A DNA stretch of 64,000 nt from an uncultured delta proteobacterium (GCA_963727445.1 CAVSGI010000009.1:128001-192000), one strand, 5' to 3'. Counted from the first letter of the stretch, positions 32,591-43,979 are shown. Made by a program: numbers and translations. The notes: generated by a model from the letters alone, not told the origin.

Positions 32591-34705
32591 GTGGCCCGCG
32601 AATATCCCCTCGAGCGAACCCGGAACATCGGGATCATGGCGCATATCGACGCCGGTAAGACGACGACCACCGAGCGCATCCTCTACTACACCGGGATCAA
32701 CTACAAAATCGGCGAGGTCCACGACGGCGCCGCGACCATGGACTACATGGCGCAGGAGCAGGAGCGCGGCATCACCATCACCAGCGCCGCCACCACCTGC
32801 AGCTGGCAGCCGGCGCACGGTCCCTTCAAGAGCGACCGCTACCGCATCAACATCATCGACACCCCGGGGCACGTGGACTTCACCATCGAGGTCGAGCGCT
32901 CGCTCAAGGTGCTCGACGGTGCCGTCGCGGTGTTCGACGGTGTCGCGGGAGTCGAGCCGCAGTCCGAGACGGTCTGGCGTCAGGCGGACCGCTACCGCGT
33001 GCCGCGCATCTGCTTCGTGAACAAGATGGACCGCGCCGGCGCGAACTTCACCCGCGCCGTCGAGACCATCCACGAGCGCCTCGGCGCCAACGCGGTACCG
33101 GTGCAGATCCCCCTCGGCACCGAGGACGAGCACCATGGCGTCGTGGACCTGATCACGATGAAAGCGCTGCGCTTCCACGACGACAACCTCGGCTCGGAGT
33201 GGGACGAGATCGACATCCCCGCCAATCTCCTCGACGAGGCGAACGAGCGTCGGGAGCGACTGCTCGAGGCCGTGGCCGAGGTGGACGACGACCTCATGGC
33301 TCGCTACCTCGAAGGCGACACCGCCTTTACGAGCGAGGAGATCATCCTCGCGCTCCGCAAAGGAACGCTCCAGCACAAGCTCGTGCCGGTGCTTTGCGGC
33401 TCGGCCTTCAAGAACAAGGGCGTCCAGCAGCTCCTCGATGCGGTCGTGCAGTACATGCCGTCTCCCATCGACGTGCCGCCCATGAAGGGAACCGACCCCG
33501 ACGACCCGGAGAAGATCCTCGAGCGCAAACCCAGCGACGACGAGCCCTTCGCCGCCCTGGCCTTCAAGATCCTGAACGACCCCTTCGTCGGCAACCTCAC
33601 GTTCTTCCGCGTCTACTCCGGCGTGCTCGACGCCGGCACCGCCGTTCTGAACCCGAGCACGGGCAAGAAAGAGCGCATCGGGCGCATCCTGCAGATGCAC
33701 GCCGACAAGCGCGAGGAGATCAAGACGATCGAGACGGGCAACATCGCCGCCGCGGTCGGTCTCAAGAACGCGCGCACCGGTGATACGCTGTGCGACATCA
33801 AGCATCCGATCGTGCTCGAGCGGATGGAGTTCCCCGATCCGGTCATCTCGGTCGCCATCGAGCCGAAGACCCAGGCCGACCAGCAGAAGCTGGGCGAGGC
33901 GCTGGCCAAGCTCGCCCTCGAGGATCCGTCCTTCAACGCGCACACCGACGAGGAGACGGGCCAGACCATCATCAGCGGGATGGGCGAGCTCCACCTCGAG
34001 ATCATCGTCGACCGCCTCAAGCGCGAGTTCAAAGTCGAGGCGAACGTCGGCAAGCCCCAGGTCGCCTATCGCGAGTCGATCACCGACACCGTGAAGGTCG
34101 AGGGTAAGTACGTGAAGCAGTCTGGTGGCCACGGCATGTACGGCCACGTGTGGATCGAGCTCGGGCCCTCGGAGCCCGGCGCGGGCTACGTCTTCGAAAA
34201 CGGCATCACCGGTGGTGTCATCCCCAAGGAGTTCATCCCTTCGGTGGAGAAGGGCATTCGCGACGCGATGGGCCGCGGCGTCCTCGCGGGCTATCCGGTG
34301 ATCGACATCAAAGCCAAGCTCTACGACGGCTCCTTCCATCAGGTGGACTCCTCCGGCCCGGCGTTCGAGGTCGCCGCGTCGATGGCGTTCCAGGAAGGCG
34401 CGAAGAAGGCGGGCATCCATCTCCTCGAGCCGGTGATGGACGTCGAGGTGGTCACTCCCGAAGAGTTCATGGGCGACGTCATCGGCGACCTCAACGCGCG
34501 ACGCGGCAACGTCACCGGTATGTCGCAACGCTCGAACCTGAAGGTGGTGGACGCCGAAGTCCCCCTCGCCACCATGTTCGGCTACGCCACCGACGTCCGC
34601 TCCAAGACCCAGGGCCGCGCCACCTACACCATGCAGTTCAAGGAATACCAGCCGGTTCCCTCGACGATCGAGCAGGAGATCGTCCGAAAGATCCGCGGGA
34701 TCTGA
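32591..34705 (+). CDS. fusA: Elongation factor G
   Basis: [33 protein letters not shown] and GMGELHLEI. Confidence 0.98.
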   Translation: MAREYPLERTRNIGIMAHIDAGKTTTTERILYYTGINYKIGEVHDGAATMDYMAQEQERGITITSAATTCSWQPAHGPFKSDRYRINIIDTPGHVDFTIEVERSLKVLDGAVAVFDGVAGVEPQSETVWRQADRYRVPRICFVNKMDRAGANFTRAVETIHERLGANAVPVQIPLGTEDEHHGVVDLITMKALRFHDDNLGSEWDEIDIPANLLDEANERRERLLEAVAEVDDDLMARYLEGDTAFTSEEIILALRKGTLQHKLVPVLCGSAFKNKGVQQLLDAVVQYMPSPIDVPPMKGTDPDDPEKILERKPSDDEPFAALAFKILNDPFVGNLTFFRVYSGVLDAGTAVLNPSTGKKERIGRILQMHADKREEIKTIETGNIAAAVGLKNARTGDTLCDIKHPIVLERMEFPDPVISVAIEPKTQADQQKLGEALAKLALEDPSFNAHTDEETGQTIISGMGELHLEIIVDRLKREFKVEANVGKPQVAYRESITDTVKVEGKYVKQSGGHGMYGHVWIELGPSEPGAGYVFENGITGGVIPKEFIPSVEKGIRDAMGRGVLAGYPVIDIKAKLYDGSFHQVDSSGPAFEVAASMAFQEGAKKAGIHLLEPVMDVEVVTPEEFMGDVIGDLNARRGNVTGMSQRSNLKVVDAEVPLATMFGYATDVRSKTQGRATYTMQFKEYQPVPSTIEQEIVRKIRGI

Positions 34706-34711
34706 GCGCGC

Positions 34712-35542
34712 TCAGGCTTCGCGGGTGCGTGCGCGGCGCTCCCGCAGCGCGTTCTTCAGGCCCCCGACCGCGTGTCGCGCCGCCGTCCTCGCGCCGTGAC
34801 CGAGATCGCCGTCGAGGACGTGGGCGAGGAGCGCGGTGCGTTTCGTCTCGAACTCGAGCGGGACGATCCTCGAAGTGACGCGCGCGAGGGCGAGGCCGAC
34901 GCGGTCGCGCGCGAGGATCCGGAGAAGCGCTGTCAGCGGTTCACCGATGCGCGACTCGAAGATCAGGAGCGTGTGCAACGCAGCGCGCTGGGTCCCGGTG
35001 AGCGCCAGGTGCTCGGCGAGGGCCGCGGGGTCGAAGTCGTCGCGCGCCGCGAGGGCGTCGACGTCGCCGAGCACCGTGTCGAAGCGCGCGTCGAAGCGGC
35101 TCGAGGCGAAGTGGCCGACGGCGTGCGCGAAGGCGTCGAGGTCGTGGATCCGGCGCGCGTGTCGCGTGCCTTCGATGGGCGCGCTGCGTTCGAAGATGCC
35201 TCGCGGCTCGAGGCGATAGAGCCCGTAGCTCCCGAGGCCGCGGTGCAGGTCGAGGGCGATGGGGTATCGGGGGGAGAGGAGGGTAGAGGCGTGGCGAAGC
35301 GGCTTTTCTTCCACGAAGCCCAGGGCTTCGAGGGCTCGGGCCGCCGCGGGATGGTCGAGGACCAACAAATCCAGGTCCCCGCACACCCGAAGCGAGGGGT
35401 CGTCGTAGACCCAGCGCTGGAAATGGGCCCCTTTGAGCGCCATCGAGGCGATACCCGCGTCCTCGAGGACCGCGGTCGCGTCGTCGAGGAGCCTTTGCAC
35501 CATCAGCGCGCGCAGGCGCGCTCGGGGGCTGCCAGGTATCAC
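34712..35542 (-). CDS. Uncharacterised nucleotidyltransferase (NTP_transf_5-like)
   Basis: LKG....VY..P.LR...DLDLLV and LDLH motifs; start uncertain. Confidence 0.7.
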   Translation of the reverse strand: MIPGSPRARLRALMVQRLLDDATAVLEDAGIASMALKGAHFQRWVYDDPSLRVCGDLDLLVLDHPAAARALEALGFVEEKPLRHASTLLSPRYPIALDLHRGLGSYGLYRLEPRGIFERSAPIEGTRHARRIHDLDAFAHAVGHFASSRFDARFDTVLGDVDALAARDDFDPAALAEHLALTGTQRAALHTLLIFESRIGEPLTALLRILARDRVGLALARVTSRIVPLEFETKRTALLAHVLDGDLGHGARTAARHAVGGLKNALRERRARTREA

Positions 35543-35589
35543 GCGTGGGATGTTGCAGTGCCGGCACTTCGCGTTCAAGGATCGCCGCC

Positions 35590-35889
35590 GTGGTTCGGGT
35601 CGAGCTCACCAAGCACCTCTTTCAGTTCTTCCCCAAGTTGGAGGGGGAGGAGCTCGAGGTCGAAGCGTCCACGGTGGCGGAGGTGGTGAGCGCGATGGAG
35701 GCGATGGCGCCCGGGTTCGCCTTCTACGTCTGTGACGAGCGCGGCCGGCTGCGCAGGCACGTGAACATCTTCGTGGGCGAAGAGCCCATCTCCGATCGCA
35801 AGACGTTGAGCGACCGCGTCGACGACGGCGCGCGCGTCTTCATCATGCAAGCGTTGAGCGGCGGCGCGCCGCTCCTGGAGGAGACATGA
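35590..35889 (+). CDS. MoaD/ThiS ubiquitin-like protein
   Basis: DERGRLRRHVNIFV and QALSGG, followed by a 7-aa tail. Confidence 0.85.
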   Translation: MVRVELTKHLFQFFPKLEGEELEVEASTVAEVVSAMEAMAPGFAFYVCDERGRLRRHVNIFVGEEPISDRKTLSDRVDDGARVFIMQALSGGAPLLEET

Positions 35890-37043
35890 CACGCATTCTG
35901 GTCGGCAGTCGCAAGGGCACCTTCTTCGTCGAAAAGGAGCACGGCCGCTGGCGTCCGCGTCTCGTGGGGCACGCCGGAGCGGGCGTGAACTTCGTGGCGA
36001 AGGATCCCCACAGCGACACCTACTGGGCTGCCTGCGGGCACGGACACTGGGGCGCGAAGCTCTCGCGTTCGACCGACGGCGGGGCCACCTGGCAAGACGC
36101 GACGCAGATCAAGTACCCCGAAGGCGCGCGCTATCTCTCACCTCCGGCGCCCAGCGAGGAAGGCAGCGGCGACGGGCCGACGGTGTTCAAGGACGCAACG
36201 CTCCTCAAGCTGTGGGTCCTGACCTTCGGTGAGCCGGGCAAGATCTACGTCGGCACCATTCCCGGCGGGCTCTTCGTGAGCGGTGACGGCGGTGAGAGCT
36301 TCGAGCTCAACCGCCCGCTATGGAACCACGAGTCGCGCGGCGGCGACCTCTTCGCGAGCGATGGTACGGGGAAGACACACTGGTTCGGCACTCCGGCCTC
36401 CGAAGGCGAGTTCGCCCCGGGCATCCACTCGGTGGTCGTCGACCCCCAGAACCCGAAGCGCGTCCTCGTCGCGGTGAGCACCGCGGGCGTCCTCGAGTCC
36501 ACCGACGGCGGCGAGAGCTGGCGCGGCCGCAACCAGGGCATGCTCATGGACTACCTGCCGAACCCGGCGGCGGAATGGGGGCACGACCCCCACTACATCG
36601 AGCTCTGTCCCGGACAGCCGAATCACGTCTGGCAGCAGAACCACTGCGGCGTGTTCTACAGCGACGACGGTGCGGCCCATTGGCGGAAGGTCAGCAATCC
36701 GGCGCAGGGCGTTCACTTCGGCTTTCCGGTCACCGTCGACCCGAACGACGGCAAGACGGCCTGGGTCGTCCCCGGCAAGGCGGACAGTCAGCGGATGGCC
36801 ATCGACGGCGGCCTCTTCGTCGCGCGGACGCAGGACGGCGGCGAGACCTGGGAAGAGCAGCGCGAAGGCCTTCCCCAGGACAACGCCTACGACGTCGTGT
36901 ATCGACACGCCCTCAGCAACGCCGACGGTGTCCTCGCCTTCGGCACCACCACCGGCAACCTCTACGTCAGCGAGAACGCCGGCGAGAGCTGGATGACCGT
37001 CGCCAACAACCTGCCGCCGATCTACAGCGTGCGGATGGGCTGA
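35886..37043 (+). CDS. BNR/Asp-box beta-propeller protein (sialidase-like)
   Basis: Repeated S.DGG.TW Asp-boxes, QQNHCGVF and HFGFPV. Confidence 0.85.
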   Translation: MTRILVGSRKGTFFVEKEHGRWRPRLVGHAGAGVNFVAKDPHSDTYWAACGHGHWGAKLSRSTDGGATWQDATQIKYPEGARYLSPPAPSEEGSGDGPTVFKDATLLKLWVLTFGEPGKIYVGTIPGGLFVSGDGGESFELNRPLWNHESRGGDLFASDGTGKTHWFGTPASEGEFAPGIHSVVVDPQNPKRVLVAVSTAGVLESTDGGESWRGRNQGMLMDYLPNPAAEWGHDPHYIELCPGQPNHVWQQNHCGVFYSDDGAAHWRKVSNPAQGVHFGFPVTVDPNDGKTAWVVPGKADSQRMAIDGGLFVARTQDGGETWEEQREGLPQDNAYDVVYRHALSNADGVLAFGTTTGNLYVSENAGESWMTVANNLPPIYSVRMG

Positions 37044-37106
37044 GCACCGTCACGGGACCACACTCGACGGCTGCGTCCATCAGGGCGCGGCGGCCCGAGC
37101 TCTTGC

Positions 37107-38069
37107 TCAGGCCCTGAGGCTCGCGAGGCCCTCTTCGAAACCGACGTGCCCCTCGTAGCCCAGCTCGCGCCGGGCTTTGTCGTCGCGCACCGTCATCTGC
37201 ACGCCCAACAGAGCGATCTCCGTGCGGTTCAGAGGTGGGTCGCCAGGCAGAGGCAGCCTCTTCCACAAGAGCTCGCTTACCGAAGCCCCGGCGCGCGCGA
37301 CCCAGAGCGGAACGTTGCCATCGGGCGGCTTCACACCTCGCGTCTCGAGCATGCGGCCGAACCACTCTCGGTAGGTATGGCTTTCGCCATCCGTCAGGAA
37401 GTAGATCTCTCCCGGCTTGCCGCGCTCCGCGGCGGCGAGCATGCCCTCGACGACGTTGTCGACGTGGCAGGTCGAGGTGAGCGACTTGCCTCCGTCGATC
37501 CACTTGAAGCGTCCGGTCTCGATTGCCTCCACCAGCCCCGGCAGGACGACCGTGTCGTCGTTGCCCCAGATGGCGCGCGGCCGTACGACGCAGGCGTCGG
37601 CGCCCTCCTTCGCGGCGGAGACGACAGCACGCTCCGCTTCGCCCTTGGTGCGCGGGTAGAGGCCGGCGGGGTGCGCTGGGTAGGGAGCCGTCTCGTCGAC
37701 GTCGACGAGGGGGTGGCCGTCGGCGAGGACGGCTTCGCTGCTCACGTGCACGACTCGCGCGTTCGCTGCTCGCGCTGCCTCGAGGACGCGCTCGGTGCCA
37801 CCCACCGTGATGCGGCGTGCTTCCGCCTCGTCGCCCCAGGTCTTGACGTATGCGGCGCAGTGAAAGACCACGTCCACGCCTCTCGTCCCCGCGGCGAGCG
37901 CATCGGCGTCGTCCAGATCCCCGCGAACGGCGGTGGCCCCGAGCTCTTCGACGGCGCGTGCGGAGCTGTCCGACCGAGCGAGCGCTCGCGCTTCGTCGCC
38001 GCGTGCGGCGAGCGCCCGCAACAGATTGCGGCCGAGGAACCCCGAGCCACCCGTCACGAAGGCTTTCAT
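37107..38069 (-). CDS. NAD-dependent epimerase/dehydratase (3-beta-HSD-like SDR)
   Basis: MKAFVTGGSGFLG, YPRTK (YxxxK) and HVDNVV. Confidence 0.88.
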   Translation of the reverse strand: MKAFVTGGSGFLGRNLLRALAARGDEARALARSDSSARAVEELGATAVRGDLDDADALAAGTRGVDVVFHCAAYVKTWGDEAEARRITVGGTERVLEAARAANARVVHVSSEAVLADGHPLVDVDETAPYPAHPAGLYPRTKGEAERAVVSAAKEGADACVVRPRAIWGNDDTVVLPGLVEAIETGRFKWIDGGKSLTSTCHVDNVVEGMLAAAERGKPGEIYFLTDGESHTYREWFGRMLETRGVKPPDGNVPLWVARAGASVSELLWKRLPLPGDPPLNRTEIALLGVQMTVRDDKARRELGYEGHVGFEEGLASLRA

Positions 38070-38251
38070 CGTCGCACCATACGCCAGGCGAGAGCCCAGC
38101 GGGTGATGGGCCTGCACGAACTTTGGCCGGCCCGTGGGCGCACGCGCACCAAGTCGAACACTCCAGTGTTCGTTTTCCGCGACAAGGCCCATCATTCCGC
38201 GCGGTCCGACCTTTGCACACCCATGGGCATCCCCGGTTGCTGGAGGTTGAT

Positions 38252-39142
38252 GTGAGACACGATTGGAACCGCGCGCTCGCCCCTTTGCTCCTCTTCTTCG
38301 GCGTTGCCTGCGCCACGACGGAGGAGGGCGGAGCGCCCTTCGGCGATCCACCCCCGCCAGTCGCCGGCGACGACGCCTCGGTGGGTGAGCCGGCGGCCGA
38401 TGCCAGCGGGTCGCAGCCACTCGACGGGGTCCCCTGCTATGGCGAGGTGGAGTTCCCGACGGCGTACTGCGGCTACGGAACGACGTGCGCAGAGGGCCGC
38501 TGCCTGCCAGCGGTTCCGTGTACCGACACGCTCTGCGACGGCGAACCGTTGCTCTGCTACGGCACTGGGTGCGAGGCACCACCCGACGAGTCGCCGTCCA
38601 GCGAGCCGCCGCCGGACGAGCCACCCCCCGAAGAGCCGCCGCCCAGCGAGCCGCCGCCCAGCGAGCCGCCCGCCCCCACCGCGCCGGACACCCCACGCCT
38701 CCTGGTGCGACTCGAGTGGGATTCGGCAGGCGACATGGACCTTCACATGCTCAACCCGACCGCGACGCGCTGGAGCGGTCATGACGACTGCAACTACGCG
38801 AACTGCGAGGGCGGTCTCGAGTGGGGCGTGGCGAGCGATCTCGACAACCCGAGCCTCTCGCGCGACGTCACCTCACGCCTCGGCCCCGAACGGATCGTGA
38901 TCCAGCACCCCCAGCCGGGCACCTATCGGGTCGGCGTCGACGCCTACGACGGACGCAGCAACGTGCGCGTGCACATCGAGTGCGGCCACCTGCCCAAGAC
39001 CCGGAACCTCGGCCCGCTGAACCTGGGCGCCAGCGGGGAGCGGTTCTGGCGGGTCGCCGACGTCGAGATTCGAAGCGATGGAAGCTGCGGGATCTCTCCG
39101 CTACGCGAGGTCGCCACGCGGCGCGAGTGGGATCGGCGCTGA
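38252..39142 (+). CDS. Lipoprotein with Cys-rich region, Pro/Glu linker and YfaP/DUF2135-like domain
   Basis: GGAGG RBS, lipobox GVAC, LEWDSAGDMDLH and GPERI...PGTY.V.V. Confidence 0.7.
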   Translation: MRHDWNRALAPLLLFFGVACATTEEGGAPFGDPPPPVAGDDASVGEPAADASGSQPLDGVPCYGEVEFPTAYCGYGTTCAEGRCLPAVPCTDTLCDGEPLLCYGTGCEAPPDESPSSEPPPDEPPPEEPPPSEPPPSEPPAPTAPDTPRLLVRLEWDSAGDMDLHMLNPTATRWSGHDDCNYANCEGGLEWGVASDLDNPSLSRDVTSRLGPERIVIQHPQPGTYRVGVDAYDGRSNVRVHIECGHLPKTRNLGPLNLGASGERFWRVADVEIRSDGSCGISPLREVATRREWDRR

Positions 39143-39308
39143 AGGTGCTCAGAGGCTCTGCGAGGCGCAGAAAGAAACGCCGGAGGCGGGCATTCGGCAG
39201 TCGAGGGAAGATCATTGAAGCGCGCATGGCTCGACGTCATTCAACGAGCAACCTCGGGGTGGGCGTGTACGATCGAGGCGCGCTAGGCTCTGCGCGGAGG
39301 AGATCCCC

Positions 39309-39863
39309 ATGCCCGACGTCATCATCATCGGAGACGGCCCCGGAGGCCTGAGCGCCGCGCTCTTCCTCGCGAAGAATGGCAAGGACGTCGTCGTCCTCGG
39401 CCAGGACAAGACCGCCATGCATTGGGCGCTCCTGAACAACTACCTGGGCATCGAGCAGATCCACGGCTCGGAGTTCCAGAAGATCGCGAAGAAGCAGGTC
39501 ACCGACAAAGGCGGGACGATCCGCGAGGAACGCGTCGAGAAGGTCGGGCGGACCGACGCCGGGTTCACCGTGACGACGGAGGGCGGCGAGACGCTCGAGG
39601 CGAGACATCTCGTGCTCTCCGAGGGCAAGGGCCCACGCCTCGCGAAGCAGCTCGGGCTCGAGCCAGGCGACGACGGCGCCATCGCCGTCGACCGCCACGG
39701 GCTGAGCGCCGTCCCGAACGTCTACGTCGTGGGCCGCTCGGTTCGCCCGGGCCGCAGCCAGGCCATCATCAGCGCGGGCGACGGGGCGGCCGCGGCGATC
39801 GACATCCTGAGCCGCGAGAAGGGCGAAGCGTTCTCGGATTGGGACGAGCCTCCCAAGGACTAG
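39309..39863 (+). CDS. Short FAD-dependent pyridine nucleotide-disulfide oxidoreductase (TrxB-like, no CxxC)
   Basis: DVIIIGDGPGGLSAA, NYLG and QAIISAGDGAAAA. Confidence 0.8.
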   Translation: MPDVIIIGDGPGGLSAALFLAKNGKDVVVLGQDKTAMHWALLNNYLGIEQIHGSEFQKIAKKQVTDKGGTIREERVEKVGRTDAGFTVTTEGGETLEARHLVLSEGKGPRLAKQLGLEPGDDGAIAVDRHGLSAVPNVYVVGRSVRPGRSQAIISAGDGAAAAIDILSREKGEAFSDWDEPPKD

Positions 39864-39921
39864 ATCACATGGTCTAGCCGCGCTCCGTCATCGCGCCCAG
39901 TGCTCGGTGCTGTCGCCGGGC

Positions 39922-40118
39922 GCCGTCTCCGCGTCCGCCTCCGGGTCCGTCACCGCGTCCGTCTGCGCGTCCGCCTCCGCGTCCGCCTCCGGGTCCGTCA
40001 CCGCGTCCGTCTGCGCGTCCGTCTCCGGGTCCGTCTGCGCGTCCGTCTGCGCGTCCGTCTGTGCGTCCGTCTGCGCGTCCGTCTCAGCGTCCGTCTTCGA
40101 GTCCGTCTCCGTCTCCAT
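39922..40118. repeat. Degenerate hexamer microsatellite (GCGTCC/GTCTGC/GTCTCC)n
   Basis: 6/12-bp periodic array, directly visible. Confidence 0.9.
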
Positions 40119-40151
40119 CCCGGGCGACCGGCTGGCGGTGATGTGTTCGGG

Positions 40152-40289
40152 GCTGACTGAGGGGAGAGGGACGCGGTGGGCGGCGGGCAAGCGGCCGTGC
40201 TCCTGGAGGCGCTCGCGTCGTTCGGGAGCGTGGGCGGGCCGCGGGCGGCTTCGCCGCGCCTCTGTCGGGGGCGAGGCCCCCGACACCCC
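40152..40289 (+). repeat. Left ~138-bp inverted repeat flanking the RAYT gene, with REP-like palindromes
   Basis: Reverse complement of 41590-41726. Contains the hairpins GCGGC-TTC-GCCGC and TGTCGGGGGC-GAG-GCCCCCGACA. Confidence 0.88.
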
Positions 40290-40540
40290 GCGGGGTCTCG
40301 GTGGGGCGAGGGGGTGAGTGACGGCCTGAGGCCGTCCGTCTCCACCAAACAGCTCGCCCTGTTCTACCCATTGTCTCGCTCCGTCTCCGCGTCCGCCTCC
40401 GCGTCCGTGTGCGGTCTGTCTCCGCTTCCGCTTTCGTGTCCGTCTCCGTGCCCGTCAGCCGCCGGCCCCACTCCTCCGGCCGAACGTGGCGCAGCCACCC
40501 TCCGCTCCCGCAGTCAGCCACGGGGCCAGAGCCGCCCCAC

Positions 40541-41248
40541 TCATGCGGCCGAACGTGGCGGCACGTAGTCCGGCGCGATCCGTCCGCCCGCGCGCTTCCA
40601 GCCTTCGCGGAGCATCCAGGTGCCGGGCGGCACCACGGGCGGCGGGCCGTCGCGCTCCCTCTGCACGGGCCACTTCCATCCGTCGAAGACCTCCGCGCTC
40701 GAGCAGGGGTCGACGCGATCGCGTGAGCGTCGCCACGCACCGCGCACGCGATGTCGCCGCCCGTTGTTCAGCACGTAGCCGAGGGCGTTGCGAACCTTGC
40801 GCGGCTTGTCGAGCACGCGGTCGTGGTAGCGATCGGCCCACACCGTCCCTCGCGAGAACGTGAGCTGGTTGATGCGCCGGGCGATGGCGACCTTGATCCC
40901 CTTCATCGCCCGCGCCACCGCCCCTCGGCCGCCCGGGGCCTCGACGATCAGGTGGATGTGATTGCCCTGCACCGAGTAGTGCACGATGCGAAAGCCCGCT
41001 CGCGCCTTCCACCCCTCGAGCACGTCCTCGACGAGCGGCAGCACGAAGCGCCCCCGCAAGTCCGGCACGTGCTCACACACGCGCACGGTGATCGACAGCG
41101 GCACGCTCCGATGAAAGCGCTGCCGCCGCCCGTGCGGCACCCGCGCTCGCGCTCCGGCCCGTGGCCGGCCCGCCCCCTTTCGCTTCCCACCCCACGAGGG
41201 ATAGCGGAGCGACAGCTGCTTGGGCTTGCGAGTGCGGCGGCGCGGCAT
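40541..41248 (-). mobile_element. REP-associated tyrosine (HUH/Y1) transposase, RAYT-like
   Basis: N-terminal WGGKRKGAGR, YSVQGNHIHLIVE (HUH), VWADRYH and catalytic YVLNN. Confidence 0.88.
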
Positions 41249-41334
41249 CTTGAATAGGCAGACAATAGCAGAATGGCCGCAGGCTGCAAGAGAAAAGCGC
41301 CGTCACCCTCGTGAACCACGATCGCTTCGGTCCC

Positions 41335-41575
41335 CATCTCCGTCTCCGTCTCCGAGTCCGTTCCGAGTCCGAGTGCGAGTGCGAGTCCGCGTCCGTCTCC
41401 GCTTCCGCTTCCGTCTCCGTCGCCGCCTCCGTCTCCGCGGCCGAGTCCGAGTCCGAGTCCGAGTCTGAGTCCGAGTCCGAGTCCGCGTCCGCCTCCGCCT
41501 CCGCGTCCGTCTCCGTCGCCGCGGCCGAGTCCGCGTTCGTCTCCGCGTCCGCGTCAGCCTCCGCGTCCGCATCCA
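41335..41575. repeat. Degenerate hexamer microsatellite (GAGTCC/GCGTCC/GTCTCC)n
   Basis: Directly visible; further short arrays at about 40375-40450 and 41760-41825. Confidence 0.9.
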
Positions 41576-41589
41576 CCCACCCCGCCACG

Positions 41590-41726
41590 GGGGTGTCGGG
41601 GGCCTCGCCCCCGACAGAGGTGCGGCGAAGCCGCCCGCGGCCCACTTGCGCCTCCGAACACCACCAACGCCTCCAGGAGCACGTCCGCTCCCACGCCAGC
41701 CACCGCCCCCTCTCCCCTCAGTCAGC
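41590..41726 (-). repeat. Right ~137-bp inverted repeat flanking the RAYT gene
   Basis: Matches 40152-40289; the inner ~50 bp differ at a single base. Confidence 0.88.
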
Positions 41727-41887
41727 TCCCAAGGCGATCGCCGTCGCCGCTCTCCGTCGTGGTTCTCCGTCGCCGCCTCCGCTTCCGCCTCCGCGTCCGC
41801 GTCCGCGTCCGCGTCCGCCTCCGCCCCCCTCAGCTCGAGCCTTCCGTGCATCGAGGGCGTGCCCCATACTCGTGCTTTGGGGGGTCG

Positions 41888-42409
41888 GTGCCTCGGTACT
41901 TCCTCGTCTCCTTCGCCGCTCTTGCGATGCTCACGGTCGCCTGCTCGACGTCGCATCCCACGCGGGAAGCGGGGATCGACGAGGGCGGCGTTTGCGTCGC
42001 CGGAGAGGCGTGCGCGGGGCCGTGCGGGCACGGCCGAACGGTTTGCGCGGGTGGTGCGCCCCGGTGCGTCGGCGAGGTCGCGGCGGAGGGCACGATATGC
42101 CGTGCCGCCGCGGGTCCCTGCGACGTCGCGGAGCTCTGCGACGGCGACACCGCGGCGTGCCCCGCCGACCGCTTCGAGCCGATCCGAACGAGCTGCGGCG
42201 GAGCGACCTGGGAGTGCGACGGCGCGGGCACCTGTCGGGATACCGCGGGCCGTTGCGGCATCCCCTGCGAGTTCCCGTACCCCTGCTATCGCGCCGTGAC
42301 GAGCTGCGAGACCCCGGACTTCAGCTGCGTCGCGGCTGAGTTCCTCCCAGAAGGCACCCCGTGTGATGGTGGGTCGTGCGATCGCGGCGGGTCGTGCCTC
42401 CCCCCCTGA
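41888..42409 (+). CDS. Cys-rich lipoprotein with a disintegrin-like motif
   Basis: Lipobox TVAC and GTICRAAAGPCDVAELCDG..AACPAD. Confidence 0.65.
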   Translation: MPRYFLVSFAALAMLTVACSTSHPTREAGIDEGGVCVAGEACAGPCGHGRTVCAGGAPRCVGEVAAEGTICRAAAGPCDVAELCDGDTAACPADRFEPIRTSCGGATWECDGAGTCRDTAGRCGIPCEFPYPCYRAVTSCETPDFSCVAAEFLPEGTPCDGGSCDRGGSCLPP

Positions 42410-42420
42410 GATTTCACGTG

Positions 42421-42467
42421 GATCCGCCTTGACACCCCCTACTTCTTGGGCAATCTTCCCGCCTCCC
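42421..42467 (+). promoter_or_regulatory. Sigma70-type promoter of the tuf-S10 operon
   Basis: TTGACA 42429-42434, 16-bp spacer, CAATCT 42451-42456; near-identical to 18328-18374. Confidence 0.7.
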
Positions 42468-42781
42468 AACGCCTGGGGACTGCCCGATTTGGGCGCCTAG
42501 GGCTTGAAATGATTGCTTAAAATCCGTTCGGGAAGGTCCGCTCCACTGGGCGCGAAACCACTCGGAAGAGGAGCCAGAGTTCTTCGATTCATGAAGCTGT
42601 GCACATAGACGAGAGCTGTCAGTTCTAAAAAGCGCCCGCCATCCGGCCGGGCCACTGCGCATCTCTCGAAACCTTCTCCGCGAATCCCAACCCGAGGGTG
42701 GTTGGCCGGGCGGGGGGGGTTTTCGTGTCTTTGGACCCCCGAACGGTCCCCCAACTGAAGATCCCAAGGAGATCGACTGAA

Positions 42782-43972
<1,191 letters not shown>

Positions 43973-43979
43973 GGTTCCC

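Noticed and set aside
32309..34528. Long antisense ORFs opposite fusA, tuf, secY, the halogenases and other genes
   Set aside because: Shadow ORFs caused by high-GC codon bias.
39888..41645. ORFs encoding TDAQ, DS, EA or RVR repeats (also the NA repeats at 57937-59390)
   Set aside because: These are translations of non-coding hexamer microsatellites, open in several frames at once.
42470..42780. tRNA genes upstream of tuf
   Set aside because: No cloverleaf with proper D and T arms could be built; TTCGATTC is isolated.
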